Assembly (NCBI RefSeq): GCF_001194135.2
Contig: NC_068996.1
Location: 52,187,445-52,251,444, forward strand
Reading direction: 5' to 3'
DNA length: 64,000 nucleotides
Source: Octopus bimaculoides
Taxonomy: Eukaryota
Shown here: positions 13,165 to 25,455 of the stretch, piece after piece
Position numbering within the stretch: the stretch's first letter is position 1
Layout of the letters: every line of letters begins with the position of its first letter
The notes under the pieces: generated by a model
Databases searched by the model: none
What the model was told of the DNA's origin: nothing
What the model saw: the letters and a program-made list of their open reading frames with translations, nothing else
Position numbers and translations under genes: made by a program

Positions 13165-13293
13165 TGATTGGAAAATGGCGAGGTCATACTAAGAGTATCA
13201 GCGAAATAATATTCGTTGATGATTACCAGCTTCTTATTACTGCTTCTTCTGATTGCAGAGTAAGAGTTTGGACAACTGAGGGACTATACATAG
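13165..13293 (+). CDS. WD40 gene exon g
   Basis: TTTAG acceptor; (M)IGKWRGHTKSISEIIFVDDYQLLITASSDCRVRVWTTEGLYI(G), a canonical WD40 repeat; donor G|GTTAGT, phase 1. Confidence 0.9.
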
Positions 13294-13360
13294 GTTAGTT
13301 GTTTTTGCTTTGTTAATTTAATACTTTGATTTATGAAATTAACATATTAGAGTACGTTAA

Positions 13361-13578
13361 CTCTAGCATTTAAACCAACTGCATCTGGCCCAGATACTCA
13401 ACCTGTTTTATGCTGAGACCAACCAGATCTGGCTTTTTAAACTTAGCCTGTAATGTCATTCTACAAATAAACAGTCACATCATCAAAATCTCAAAACTAT
13501 GAGATAATGCAGGATTAATTTAAGATAGTGTGAATAAAAGAGCATTACATTTGAGAGAGTAATCTGAATGTTAAATGG
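13361..13578 (+). mobile_element. piggyBac-type MITE
   Basis: TTAA at both ends, degenerate CCCTTTAGCATT / AATGCTAAAGGG TIRs. Same family at 22574-22780, 38950-39140, 39480-39670 (reverse) and 40120-40989. Confidence 0.7.
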
Positions 13579-13749
13579 TTAATCTGAATATATTAATCTA
13601 CCATTGATGTTCTTTTATTCTTTTACTGGTTTGGACTGTGTCTATGTTGGGGGATGCAACATCAACAACACTGGTTTTTAAACTAGTGTACATATAAACT
13701 GCCACACAAAATTATACTTGTGTATTATATATATACACACATGTATATA

Positions 13750-14145
13750 CAGGGTGTAATGTTGCCATTTCATGTTTTTAATTTCGTGTATGTGCATTGT
13801 TTGGTTTTGATTTTATCGACTACACAGTATAGTAGAATCAGTTGGGCACCGTCTGTGAGAAAAACAGCACAATGACACAATTCACTCTGCCAGAAATTTG
13901 GAAATAACATGCTGTACTCCTTGGCATTCATGCCGGAAGCTCCAATACAAACGTTTCAAAGTATTTGGGTGTCGATCTGAGAAAATGTACTGAGAGTAAT
14001 AAAAATCAAACATCCAATTAACATTATGGTGTTTGGAGTGATCACTAGTGATGGTGACATTATGCCTCCATTCATCTTCCCATACAGCCACAGACTCAAC
14101 ACGAAGGCCTACATCAAGTGCCTGGAGGAGGTAGTGCTGCCCTGT
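13750..14145 (+). mobile_element. Tc1/mariner fragment related to the 6.0 kb element
   Basis: TA|CAGGGTG start; KHPINIMVFGVITSDGDIMPPFIFP...AYIKCLEEVVLP transposase remnant. Confidence 0.75.
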
Positions 14146-14149
14146 GTCA

Positions 14150-14880
14150 CACCACATCACATGACTAAAGACAGATGGGAAGAGAAGAGAGAGAAAAAGT
14201 AATAACAAATAAAACACAGATACATGCTGGGTAATACACACACAATAGACATATATGCACATAGCTGTGATGCATATAAGAAATAGAGATAAATGAAAAA
14301 ATAAATAAATATATTTGTCACATACCTGTGATAAAGATAAGAAATAGAGGTAGATGATAAAAGAAACAAGTAAATAAATCTATATAAAGGGCATGGATAC
14401 AAGCAACTTAAGAAACAAACCTATATACGCACACAATAATTTCACAGACACCCACAACAGTATCAACAACACGACCAACAACGATAGCAGCAGCGGCAGT
14501 GACAATGATGGTAACAACAACAACAACTACCATGATAGCAACACTATGGGCGAACACACAAACACAGAGAGATACAGGAACTGTACTAAATTTTCGGGTC
14601 TTAGGACTACAACAGCACAATGGGGATGAGGGGAAGGCCATACTGCTGCTAAGAACAATGACACACACACACACATGCAGACACAAACGCATGCGTACAT
14701 AAGCATACATGTCATAGAAGAGCAGAATGGAGTAAGTGGAGCGAGAGCACACACGAAAACGAAGTGTTGCTGAAGAGGTCACAGATGTGTAATGAAAGAT
14801 TTCTGGACAATGGACATGAGTTAGAATAAGAACAGTAATAAACAAGTGAAGAACAAATATATAGTGTGGGTGTTTTATTT
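14150..14880 (+). mobile_element. Low-complexity non-autonomous element ending in a Penelope-LTR-like tail
   Basis: A/C-rich body followed by CTGAAGAGGTCACAGATG..GAAA, homologous to both arms of the 12.9 kb palindrome. Confidence 0.45.
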
Positions 14881-14981
14881 GGCAAAAAAAAAAAATTGAC
14901 CATCCCAAAATACAACAATATCTGTTTCAACACATGATTTCGCATCAGGTGTCTTGCAACACAAATTCATGAATGTATGCG

Positions 14982-15014
<33 letters not shown>

Positions 15015-16408
15015 ATNNNNNNNNNNNNNNNNNNNNNNNNNNNNNNNNNNNNNNNNNNNNNNNNNNNNNNNNNNNNNNNNNNNNNNNNNNNNNNNNNNNN
15101 NNNNNNNNNNNNNNNNNNNNNNNNNNNNNNNNNNNNNNNNNNNNNNNNNNNNNNNNNNNNNNNNNNNNNNNNNNNNNNNNNNNNNNNNNNNNNNNNNNNN
15201 NNNNNNNNNNNNNNNNNNNNNNNNNNNNNNNNNNNNNNNNNNNNNNNNNNNNTATATATATATATATATATATATATGTGTATATATATATACCCATGCC
15301 AGCATGGAAAGCGGACATTAAACGGTGATGATGATGATGATGATGATGATATATATGAGTGAGTAGACAAACGAAAGAAGGGCACTCAACACATTGGGAG
15401 TTACATGTGCAAATCAAAACTGTTTGATTCAGAATCCTTGGTACCCTATGTTTCAATCATGTGATTAGTCTAGTGAATGTACATCTAAGCAAACATACAC
15501 ACTTGTATAAGCACAGATGTATACACACAGATATATAGGCATATACATGTACATATATACATATATACCCCCACATCTACCACCCCTTCCAACTTTCCCC
15601 TCAACCATGCAACTGATTTTTTGTCCATTATGTGGTCAGTTTCCTGTTCACCATGCAGTATTTTCCAACTAATTGTTGTTGCTGAAATACTGATATCAAA
15701 CCTCTATACCATGTGACATTTCTCAACCAATCACAGGCTAACATCCAGGAGCAAACATTCACTCTCTTCAATTGAACTCTCATTCAAACCCCAATGGCCG
15801 AAGACTAGCCACTCATTTGAAATTCAAAATACCAAAAAGTCTGAATAAAACTGTTTTGATCCATTTATATATATATATATATATATATATCTATCATCAT
15901 CATCATCATCATCATTGTCGTTTAACGTCCACTTTCCATGCTAGCAAGGGTTGGACGATTTGACTGAGAACTGGTGGAACCCGAAGGCTACACCAGGCTC
16001 CAATCTGATTTGGCAGGGTTTCTACAGCTGGATGCCCTTCCTAACGCCAACCATTCCGAGAGTGTNNNNNNNNNNTTAACGTCCACTTTCCATGCTAGCA
16101 AGGGTTGGACGATTTGACTGAGAACTGGTGGAACCCGAAGGCTACACCAGGCTCCAATCTGATTTGGCAGGGTTTCTACAGCTGGATGCCCTTCCTAACG
16201 CCAACCATTCCGAGAGTGTAGTGGGTGCTTTTACATGCCACTGGCACGAAGGCCAGTCAGGCAGTGCTGGCAACGGCCACGCTCAAAATGGTGTATTTTA
16301 TGTGTCACCTGCACAGAAGCCAGTTCGGCGGCACTGGCAATGATCTCGTTCGAATGTCTTTACACGTGCTACTGGCACAAGTGCCAGGAAGGCGATGTAA
16401 TGCCAGGA

Positions 16409-16444
<36 letters not shown>

Positions 16445-16455
16445 GTATATATATG

Positions 16456-16488
<33 letters not shown>

Positions 16489-17225
16489 TTTTGATGTATG
16501 AATAAGCCATAGACCACGTACATAAATGATTTGTTTTCAGTGGTGAAGGCTTGTGTAGGACAAGGCACACTTTTGGGATGCAAGTCCTTCATCAAATGAA
16601 AAGTAACGGAAGGGTGTGATAAAGGAAGAATGGTTGAGTAAAAGGGAAAAAGAAAATAAGAGGTGAAGGATTAGGGGCCAGATGGGAATACAGTTCTATA
16701 GAGCAGGAATGAAGAAGGAGTGGGTGTGCAGTGTGCACATAGAGGATTGTCTATGTGATGGGCATAGATGGAGAGTGCTGTATGTGGTTTTGTGGTGTGT
16801 ATGTGTGTGTGTAGAGGTGTGCAAGTATAGTGTCATCGGTTGGGGATGTGAGGTGTTGTTGGGTATGTGGGTAATATTTAAATGCAATGCGTGAGGAAAC
16901 AATGTGCGGTGGTAGAAGCAGGCATGAGGGTAGGGTAGAAGGGTAGGGGAATGAATGTGGTGGGGGGAGACTAGAGAGGTATGGGTGTGGGATGCTGCAT
17001 TGTGGAAGGAAGTTAAAAATGGGTGAGTAACAAGGGTGTTAAGTGCAATATGACACATGTTTTGAAGAAAAGAAAACCCAACTAATTATTTAGTTCTGTG
17101 AGGGAAGAAAATTAACGAGGTGGTTTTGTTCTGTGAATGAACTCACACATATACACACTGACACACCCACCCTACCATGCTACCACTAACCCTGTGCCAC
17201 ACTTCCATACTCTCACACCTCTACG

Positions 17226-17266
<41 letters not shown>

Positions 17267-17960
17267 CACTGTCCCTCTATGCACATCTCAAAACAAATAC
17301 ACTCCTCTACATACATGCACACACACACACACACACACACACAGAGGCCCCTTCTAACCTTCTTAACTCCCTCTCATTGAACAATATTCCCAACTGTCTC
17401 CTAATCCTACACCGATACACCCATTATTGTTTTACTTCCTTTCTCAACCACTTTCCTTCTTTTACACTCTTTATTTCTGTTCTGACGAAAGACTTGTGTT
17501 GAAAACCTTAAAACTCTTTCCTTTCCTTTTTAAGTGTAAAACTAAAACATTATTTGTTAAAATTTCACATACCTTGTCTTGTATTTTTCTTTTTCTTTTT
17601 GTTCTTTGACTTTGCAATATATTCTTCATGCTTATAAGAACTTCTGTCATTGTCATTGTTGTTTAATGTCCTTGTTCCATGCCACATGGGTTGTATGGTT
17701 TGACAGGATCTGATGGGTCCAAGCACTGCACCGTGCTGCAATGTTTGACATGGTTTCTATGGCTGGATGACCTTCCTACTTCCAATCATTTTACAAAGCG
17801 TCCTGGGTGTTTCCTCTTACTGACAACCTTCACTAGGTTTTTAAACACAATTTGCATTGATTTCTGTATATACGATTGTATTTTGTGATGTGTCGCAGGC
17901 ACATTATTGCAAATATGCTCACCACGGTTATATGCTGGCCAATGATTTTATCCTCTAATT

Positions 17961-18000
<40 letters not shown>

Positions 18001-18003
<3 letters not shown>

Positions 18004-18166
18004 AATGCGCCCTTTTGAAGCCTAGCCAGGCTCATGGGCCCGGTTTCCCAGTTTCAATGGCGTATGTGTTCCCCAGCTGGACGGGACGCCAGTCCATCGC
18101 AGCGTTACTCATTTTTGCCAGCTGAGTGGACTGGAGCAACGTGAAATGAAGTGTTTTGCTCAAGAA
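18001..18166 (-). mobile_element. CORE-like SINE family D
   Basis: CTTGAGCAAAACACTTCATTTCACGTTGCTCCAGTCCACTCAGCTG core. Other copies at about 7500-7750, 19320-19585 (+), 27330-27565, 47170-47400 and 60150-60415. Confidence 0.7.
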
Positions 18167-18213
18167 NNNNNNNNNNNNNNNNNNNNNNNNNNNNNNNNNN
18201 NNNNNNNNNNNNN

Positions 18214-18297
<84 letters not shown>

Positions 18298-18864
18298 ATA
18301 TATATCCGTATATTTATATGTGTTTGTGTGTTTCTGTTTGTGTTTCCTTGCCTTAATATCATGTGATAGTTGTAAATGGTTGTTGCTGTTATACATGCAA
18401 TGTCATTCATTTCTGATATTCTGTGAGAACATGTTTGGCCATAAGGAAATATTCTTTTCTACTATAGGCACAAGACCTGAAATTTTGGGGGAGGGGGCCA
18501 GTTGATTAGATCGACCCCAGTGTTTCACTGGTACTTAATTCATCAACACCAAAAGGATGAAAAGTAAAGTCAACCTCGGCAGAATTTGAACTCAGAACAT
18601 TAAAACAGACGAAATGCCGCTGAGCATTTCACCCAATGTGCTAATGATTCTGCCAGCTCGCCACCTTAGAGTGGAAGATACTACAACCCTTGGAAATGAG
18701 CCAAGGTTGGCAACAAGAAGGGCAGAATAAACTCTATCCGATCCATGCAACCATGGAAATGTAGATGTTATGATGATGATGATGATGATGATGATGATAC
18801 CATATTTGTTTTCATATTTGAATTAAATATTGTGTTCTTTGCTTTTGTTATTTTTAATTTATAG

Positions 18865-19016
18865 GTGTTTTTGGTCAAAACAATCCATGGAATGTTCACA
18901 AGCCAGAAACCTTTGAACATCCTTTAATTCCATTTGAAGTTTTAACGGATTCCTTAAGTCTACCAGAGTATGTAGCTCTAATACCAAAAGAACCTGATGA
19001 AGCAGAAGCAACTAAT
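18865..19016 (+). CDS. WD40 gene exon h
   Basis: TTTATAG acceptor; (G)VFGQNNPWNVHKPETFEHPLIPFEVLTDSLSLPEYVALIPKEPDEAEATN; donor AAT|GTACGT, phase 0. The GxFGQ..W motif follows the last WD repeat in this family. Confidence 0.87.
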
Positions 19017-19682
19017 GTACGTTGTTTATTTACCTTTGCATTCGTTTAGTTCTTTCAAATGTTTAAGGTATCAGAAACTCTGAGAATTGTCATTCCCTGT
19101 TACAGTTTTACTTTTAAGAGGTAGTTTTCTAGAATTGCTTTTCTAAATTCTTGGTAAAATATCTTACATAAATTGTTCTTCTTTAAGATTATTTTTCTTA
19201 TATAATTATTACAAGAACACATTTACATCTTTAGTCACAATATGTGAATTCACTGGAGTAAAAGACACATACAAATCTATTAGTATATACCTATTTTTAT
19301 ATGTATACTTCTATATGTATGTGCAGCGCATTGTGTTCTTGAGCAAGACACTTTATTTCACATTGTTCTAGTCCTCTCAGCTGATAAAAATTAGTTGTAC
19401 TTGAAATTCTAAAGCACCAGCCCTGTCACATTGTGTGCCACGCTGAATATCCTTAAGAACTATGTTGAGGGTACACATGTCTGTGGAATGCTCAGCCACT
19501 TGCAGGTTAATTTCACAAGCAGGCTGTTCCATTTTTTGGATCAACTGGAAGACTCATCACTGTAACCGACAGAGTGCCAGTTATGTTTTTTAAATGAGAG
19601 TTTTTTTTAAATGAGAAAGTATATACATGCCTTTTGTTGTTGTTGATGACAATGACGATGATGAGCAACTATATATCACAAT

Positions 19683-22231
19683 AAAGTCATCATCATCGTC
19701 ATTTAATGTCCGCTTTCCATGCTGGCATGGCTCCAATCTGATCTGGCAAGGTTTCTACAGCTAAATGCCCTTCCTAATGCCATCCACTCCAAGAGTATAG
19801 TGGGTGCTTTTTACGTGCCAGTCAGGAGGCACTGGCGTCAACCAACCACGCTTGATTGATGCTCTTTATGTGCCACCAGCACAGGAGCCAGTCAGGCAGC
19901 ACTGGCATTGACCATGCTAGAATGGTGCTCTTTATGTGCCACCAGCACAGGAGCCAGTCAGGCAGCANNNNNNNNNNGCCAGTCAGGCAGCACTGGCATT
20001 GACCATGCTAGAATGGTGCTCTTTATGTGCCACCAGCACAGGAGCCAGTCAGGCAGCACTGGCATTGACCATGCTAGAATGGTGCCTTTTATGTGCCCCT
20101 GGCACGGGTGCCAGTCAGGCAGCACTGGCCACAACTATGATTTCACTTGACTCAACAGGGCTTTTCAAGCACAGCATATTGCTTGATGATTGAAGGGTAC
20201 TTTTAAATGGGCCAGTTATGTGACACTGGCATTGACCACAGCTATGATCTCACTTGGCTTGCTGGATCTTCTCAAGCACAGCATATCTTCAAAGGTCTTG
20301 GTCACTTGTCATTGCCTCTGTGAGGCCCAACATTTGAAGGTCGTGCTTCACCACCTCATCCCAGGTCTTCCTGGGTCTACCTCTTCCACAGGTTCCTTCC
20401 ACTGTTAGGGTGTGATACTTCTTCACACAGCTCTCCTCATCCATATGCAACACATGACCATACCAGCACAGTCATCTCTCTTGCACATCTGATGCATCTT
20501 ATGTCCAACTTTTCTCTCAGGGTGCTTATCTCTGTCATTACACATCCTGTGGAACATACTGGCTTCATTTCTTTCAAGACTATGCATGTCCTCAGTAGTC
20601 ACAGCCCATGTTTCACTGCTGTGTACCATAGCAGTTCACACACAGACATCATACAGTCTACCTTTCACTCTGAGCAAGAGGCCCTTTGTCACCAGCAGAA
20701 GTAGGAACTCTCTGAATTTTGCCCAGGTTATTCTTACTCTAGCAGCTATGCTCTCAGAGCGTCCACCCCTGCTACTGACTTGGTTACCTAGGTAAAGGAC
20801 ATTATCAACTACTTCTAGTTTTCCCCACTGGCATATAATGGAATCTATTTTCTGTACATCTTTGGTGTTTATTGCCCTGTGTTTATTGCCACACACAAAA
20901 TCTATCTTCCCAGTTAAACTTCCTTTGATATTGCTGCACCTCTTATGTGTCCATAGCTTACACTGAGTTCATCTTATGGAGTTCCTACCTGCACCTTTTC
21001 TACAGATCAAGTAGGCCATCTACCTGAAGGGATTTGTGATTTGTCTGCCTTCCTACTTACTAAGACTTTGGCTTTTGCTAGGTTAATTCTAAGGCCCTTT
21101 GATTCTAGGCCTTGCTTCCACACCTCAAACTTCTTCTCTAATTCTGGTAGTGACTCAGCTATTAGTGCAAGGTCATCAGCATAGAGGAGCTCCCAGGTGC
21201 ATCCTGTCTTGAATTTCTCTGTTATTGCCTGGAGAACTATGATGAATAAGAGGGGGCTGAGGACTAAGCTTTTGTGAACCACTACTTCTACCCAGAATTC
21301 TTCACCATACTCGTTGCCAACCCTCACCTTACTGACAGCTTATGCAGCTCTCATCAACCAGTCATCTATCCCTAGTTTCCACATTGGCTACCAGATAAGG
21401 GATTGGCTTTTCCATGTCAACAAAAGCCAAGTACAGAGGTTTATCTTAGACTAGGTATTTCTCCTGAAGCTGTCTTACCAGAAATATAGCATTAGTGGTG
21501 CTTCTCCCTGGCACAAACCCAAACTGCATCTTGTCTAAACTAACTCTCTCCCTAATTAGTTGGGCTATGACCCTCTCTGTGACTTTCATTACCTGATCCA
21601 ACAACTTGATACCTCTGTAATTATTTGTATCTAAGGCATCACCTTTAGCCTTGTAACAGTTGACTACGGTGCTGCTACACCAGTCATTGGGTATGACTCC
21701 TTCATGCATCACCTGATTGACTATACGGGTGACTAGACTATAGCCGACACCGCCAGATATCTTAAGCATCTCCTGATGCGCTGGCGGCTTTCCCTGTCTT
21801 CATACCCTTAATTGCTTTATCTACCAAGGTACTGTCAACTCAAATAGCTGGTCCCTCTGTTGGGTTGACATTCAGCAGACTATCTTTCTCCCATTCATTC
21901 TCTTCATTTAGCAACCTTTCATAATGGCGTCTCCAAGTCTCTCTCCTTGCAGCCTCATTAAATGCAAGTGAGCCATCATCCATGCAGACACATTTCTCTC
22001 CTATGAAATCACAATTCTCTCTCACACACTGTCTTGCAATACAAAACATTTCAAGTCTCTGGTCCTCACAATGCAGAACATTGGCTAATTTTTTCTCATC
22101 TGCTTCCCCTCTGTTTAAGTAAACCTGTCTCCTAGCTTCCCTTCTGGTGATCTGATGCAGTTCCCTGCTACCACCACACTTCCAGTCCTTCCATGCCTGT
22201 TTCTTTTCCCTAATGGCCCTGCCAACTACAT
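19683..22231 (-). mobile_element. 5'-truncated RTE-clade LINE with 3' UTR and (GAT)n tail
   Basis: RT remnants (MQFGFVPGRSTT.AIF.VRQLQEKYL; LLYADDL; HGSETW-like), then tandem 3'UTR units and a CATCAT tail. Multiple stops and deletions. Confidence 0.92.
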
Positions 22232-22333
22232 ATCACAATAAAGTATTAAAATATTCTCAGTAGCATGAACTGAACTTGTTTCGGCCATTAAAAAATCTTT
22301 ATTTTATTTGTATTTCTTTCTTTTGCATTTCAG

Positions 22334-22443
22334 AATGTTGAAACTAATTATCAAATTCTTTCTTCAACTTCATCCAAAGAAGCAGATGTTTCTTTACATG
22401 ATGAACTAAAGGCTGAATTAATCCAGGGATTAAAAGCAATGAG
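22334..22443 (+). CDS. WD40 gene exon i (ends in a non-canonical GC donor)
   Basis: TTTCAG acceptor; NVETNYQILSSTSSKEADVSLHDELKAELIQGLKAM(R); AG|GCAAGA gives the phase 2 required by the next exon. Confidence 0.7.
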
Positions 22444-22573
22444 GCAAGAATACTTTACTTGCTATTTTTATCCATGTTTATGTATGCTTACAGTGATGTG
22501 TGTTTCTATGTATGAATGTGTTTATTCTGTAAATAGACTGAGAAATAAGAATGACAAAAAGTTAATAGTTTAG

Positions 22574-22780
22574 CCCTTTAGCATTTAAATTGGTCATATC
22601 TGGAGCAAATATTCTACTCCTTTTTCATTGAAATTGGCCAGGTTCAGCCTCTTACATCTACCCTACAATAAACAAATCCCATCTTCAAAATCCTGATGAT
22701 GCAACATACTACATGATTAATTTTTAAAAACACTGACAAATAAGCATTACATTTGATGAATTAATCTGAATTCTAAAGGG
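22574..22780 (+). mobile_element. piggyBac-type MITE
   Basis: TTAG|CCCTTTAGCATT ... TTCTAAAGGG|TTAA. Confidence 0.7.
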
Positions 22781-24579
22781 TTAAATGTCATCTGGTGATT
22801 TTGGTTTTACTATGGTCAACTTTGATGCTTATGAACCAACTGGGAAGCACACACAGACAGTGCTCGTGATATCATTAGAGTGGACCATACGAGGGAAACT
22901 GACATGATTTTTGAATAGTTAAATAAGTATACAGGTGATAATGAAATTAAGGTTCAACAAATAGAATCTGAACATGTCAGTTAATGGAAACCTTAAAACA
23001 GGCAATAAACTGTATACCCAGCATCATCAAACATGTTGATAAAAATATCCTTTTCTACTCTAGGCATAAGGCCTGAAATTTGGAGGGGAGGGGGCCAGTT
23101 GATTAGATTGACCCCAGTATGCAACTGGTACTTAATTTATCAACCCTGAAAGGATGAAAAGCAAAGTCGACCTCGGCAGAATTTGAACTCAGAACGTAAA
23201 AACAAACGAAATACTGCTAAGCATTTTGCCGGGCGTGCTAACGATTCTGCCAGCTCACCACCTTATGTTGATAAAAGTATCATCAAGCATGATGTCTTCT
23301 GATAAAGAGAATTCTACCAAAGTACCTACATGCAACCACAGTCAGGAATTTTTAAAAAATCATGTCTTGTTGAACAATTAATTACAAACCACCTTTAAAA
23401 TACTAAAAAGGTGAACTAATGAGGTAGCCTTATCTGCTAGAAATAGCAGCTGCAGTGTCTTCTTCAAAACAACCCCTAATGACTTTAAAATAAAAGGACA
23501 TATTGAACAATGTAGTCATAGGGATACAAAGAGCTGAAGTGGTCATGGCTGGAATGATTATAAGTCTGCTCAATTAAGGGTTAGGGTTAGGGTTATCAGA
23601 AACAAGCCCTAAAATTTTGTGGGGTGAGGGTGGGGAGCTAGTTGATTACATCAACCTCGGGTTCTCAATTGCTACTTATTTTATCAATACCAAAAAGATG
23701 AAGGGCAAATTTGACCTTGATAGAATTTGACCTTGGAACGTAAAGAGCCAGAGGAAATGCCACTAAGCACTTTGTTTGATACACTAACGCTCTTACTAGC
23801 TCACAGAATAATACACAACAGTAAGAAAAGGGACGTGCATGGTATATTGTATAACTCGCCATTTAAACATTGATGTAAAAACCAGAGCTACAAAAAAATC
23901 TCCACTCCCTCATTTGCTGAATGGCAATAAATTCCATTAGTTGTACGTCATGAAAAATGTAAAGATGAGTTACATCTCTCTTTTTATGCAGAACATGTGA
24001 AAATCATAATACAAAAATATTACAATCAAACCCCAAATTAACATGAGTTTCCAGAATAGGGAACACCATAGCACTTTCTGCCAACATTACATGTATAATT
24101 CTGGACAAAGTACCAGAATTTAGGAAAGAAACAAAGTACTGTGACTTCTGTAAGATAAAGTCCACATTATTTTTATACATTCTATACAAAACTTTTCATA
24201 AACTTTAAGATAGTCGTCCTATACCAGTGACAACATGACTTATTGGAAGTACCATGTACCATTTAAAGTATTTTGCTGTTCAAGCTAATGAGAGAATGGC
24301 CTGCTAGAAATAAGTCAAAAGTACCTTGGCCATACTCACTATCTTAAAAAATGAAAGGACACTTTGGAGAATGTAACCCTGGATATATAAGAATATGAGA
24401 TGATCGGGCTGGAATGCCTTTCCTCATAAGGTCTACTGTATGGGGAATGACCTGTTATCAGACATATCTTCTCATTCAGTTGATGAATACAGTCAGCCAT
24501 GGCTTAATTGTATGACACATTATAGATCCAAATACATAATCTTTTTTCCCCTTAGATATTACTAAATCCATCTATATTT

Positions 24580-24920
24580 TTCTATAATTTTTTTATTGTC
24601 ATGTCTGTTTCACTGACTATTTCCCCTTGTCTTGCACAAGGAAACCCCTTATCACAATTATGATGGGGAGTTCTACGCACAACCATACTCAGATATATTA
24701 TCAAGGTTGATCCAGTAGGTATTTCAAGTCTTGCAACATACACAATTCTGCCCAGGTGACACAAATCATTTTGATCAACACTTAGCCTATGTCCATATAA
24801 CATTCAGGCCACACTGGCCGCCTCATTTCAGCCAGAACCTTCTAGATGCTTTCTCTGTAGTGTCCAAGCTGCTCTTGATGGCCCTCCTTCCTCACACAGA
24901 GTTCCATAGGCCTTAGTAAG
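24580..24920 (-). mobile_element. Decayed 3' portion of an RTE-like LINE (second family)
   Basis: Remnants of the RW.W.GH.L and GRP..TW motifs. Confidence 0.5.
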
Positions 24921-25186
24921 GGGACGACTTGCAAACCTTTGACTGTCCACCTTCACTAGTATGTACCTCGTCCTTTCATGATTCATGCAGGTATTTTCCC
25001 CCTTTCCCCTTCTTGTGCTTCTTCAATTCTCTTTTCCCAGGACACAGTTGCAATAACATGAATTGTCTGGACTCAACAAAAACTTCTGTTGATTGTTGTT
25101 TCTGTTTTTTTTTTTTAATTCTATTTTTTGTTAGTTTTAATGTTATTATCAACTTCATCATCAGTAATGTTAATATATGTTTCCAG

Positions 25187-25349
25187 AATTGACTCAAGAA
25201 AAGTGCATGCATCAGATACAGTAAATGGAATATATAAAATTCTACATTATCATGAACTGAACAAGATTCCTGATTTGGAAATACCTGCTTGTCTTATGAG
25301 AAGGAAAGATGACATTTTTGGTACTGATTTTGAATATATGAAAGAGTGA
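25187..25349 (+). CDS. WD40 gene terminal exon j
   Basis: TTCCAG acceptor; (R)IDSRKVHASDTVNGIYKILHYHELNKIPDLEIPACLMRRKDDIFGTDFEYMKE*; TGA at 25347-25349; AATAAA about 100 nt downstream. Confidence 0.8.
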
Positions 25350-25449
25350 TTAAAAAAAAAACAAAAGAAAATTTTCCACGATGTTTGTTTTGTGTATGAA
25401 ATGAAAATGACTTTTATAACTGTTTATATTTCGTTAAAAGAAAATACGG

Positions 25450-25455
25450 AATAAA
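25450..25455 (+). terminator. Candidate polyadenylation signal of the WD40 gene
   Basis: AATAAA in the AT-rich sequence after the stop codon. Confidence 0.45.

Noticed and set aside
15922-16220. Exact tandem duplication of about 145 bp
   Set aside because: The two identical copies flank a 10-N gap, the signature of unmerged contig overlap.
19860-20140. CRISPR-like array of roughly 66-nt units
   Set aside because: The units are contiguous with no unique spacers, lie in the RTE 3' UTR and span an N gap; the genome is eukaryotic.
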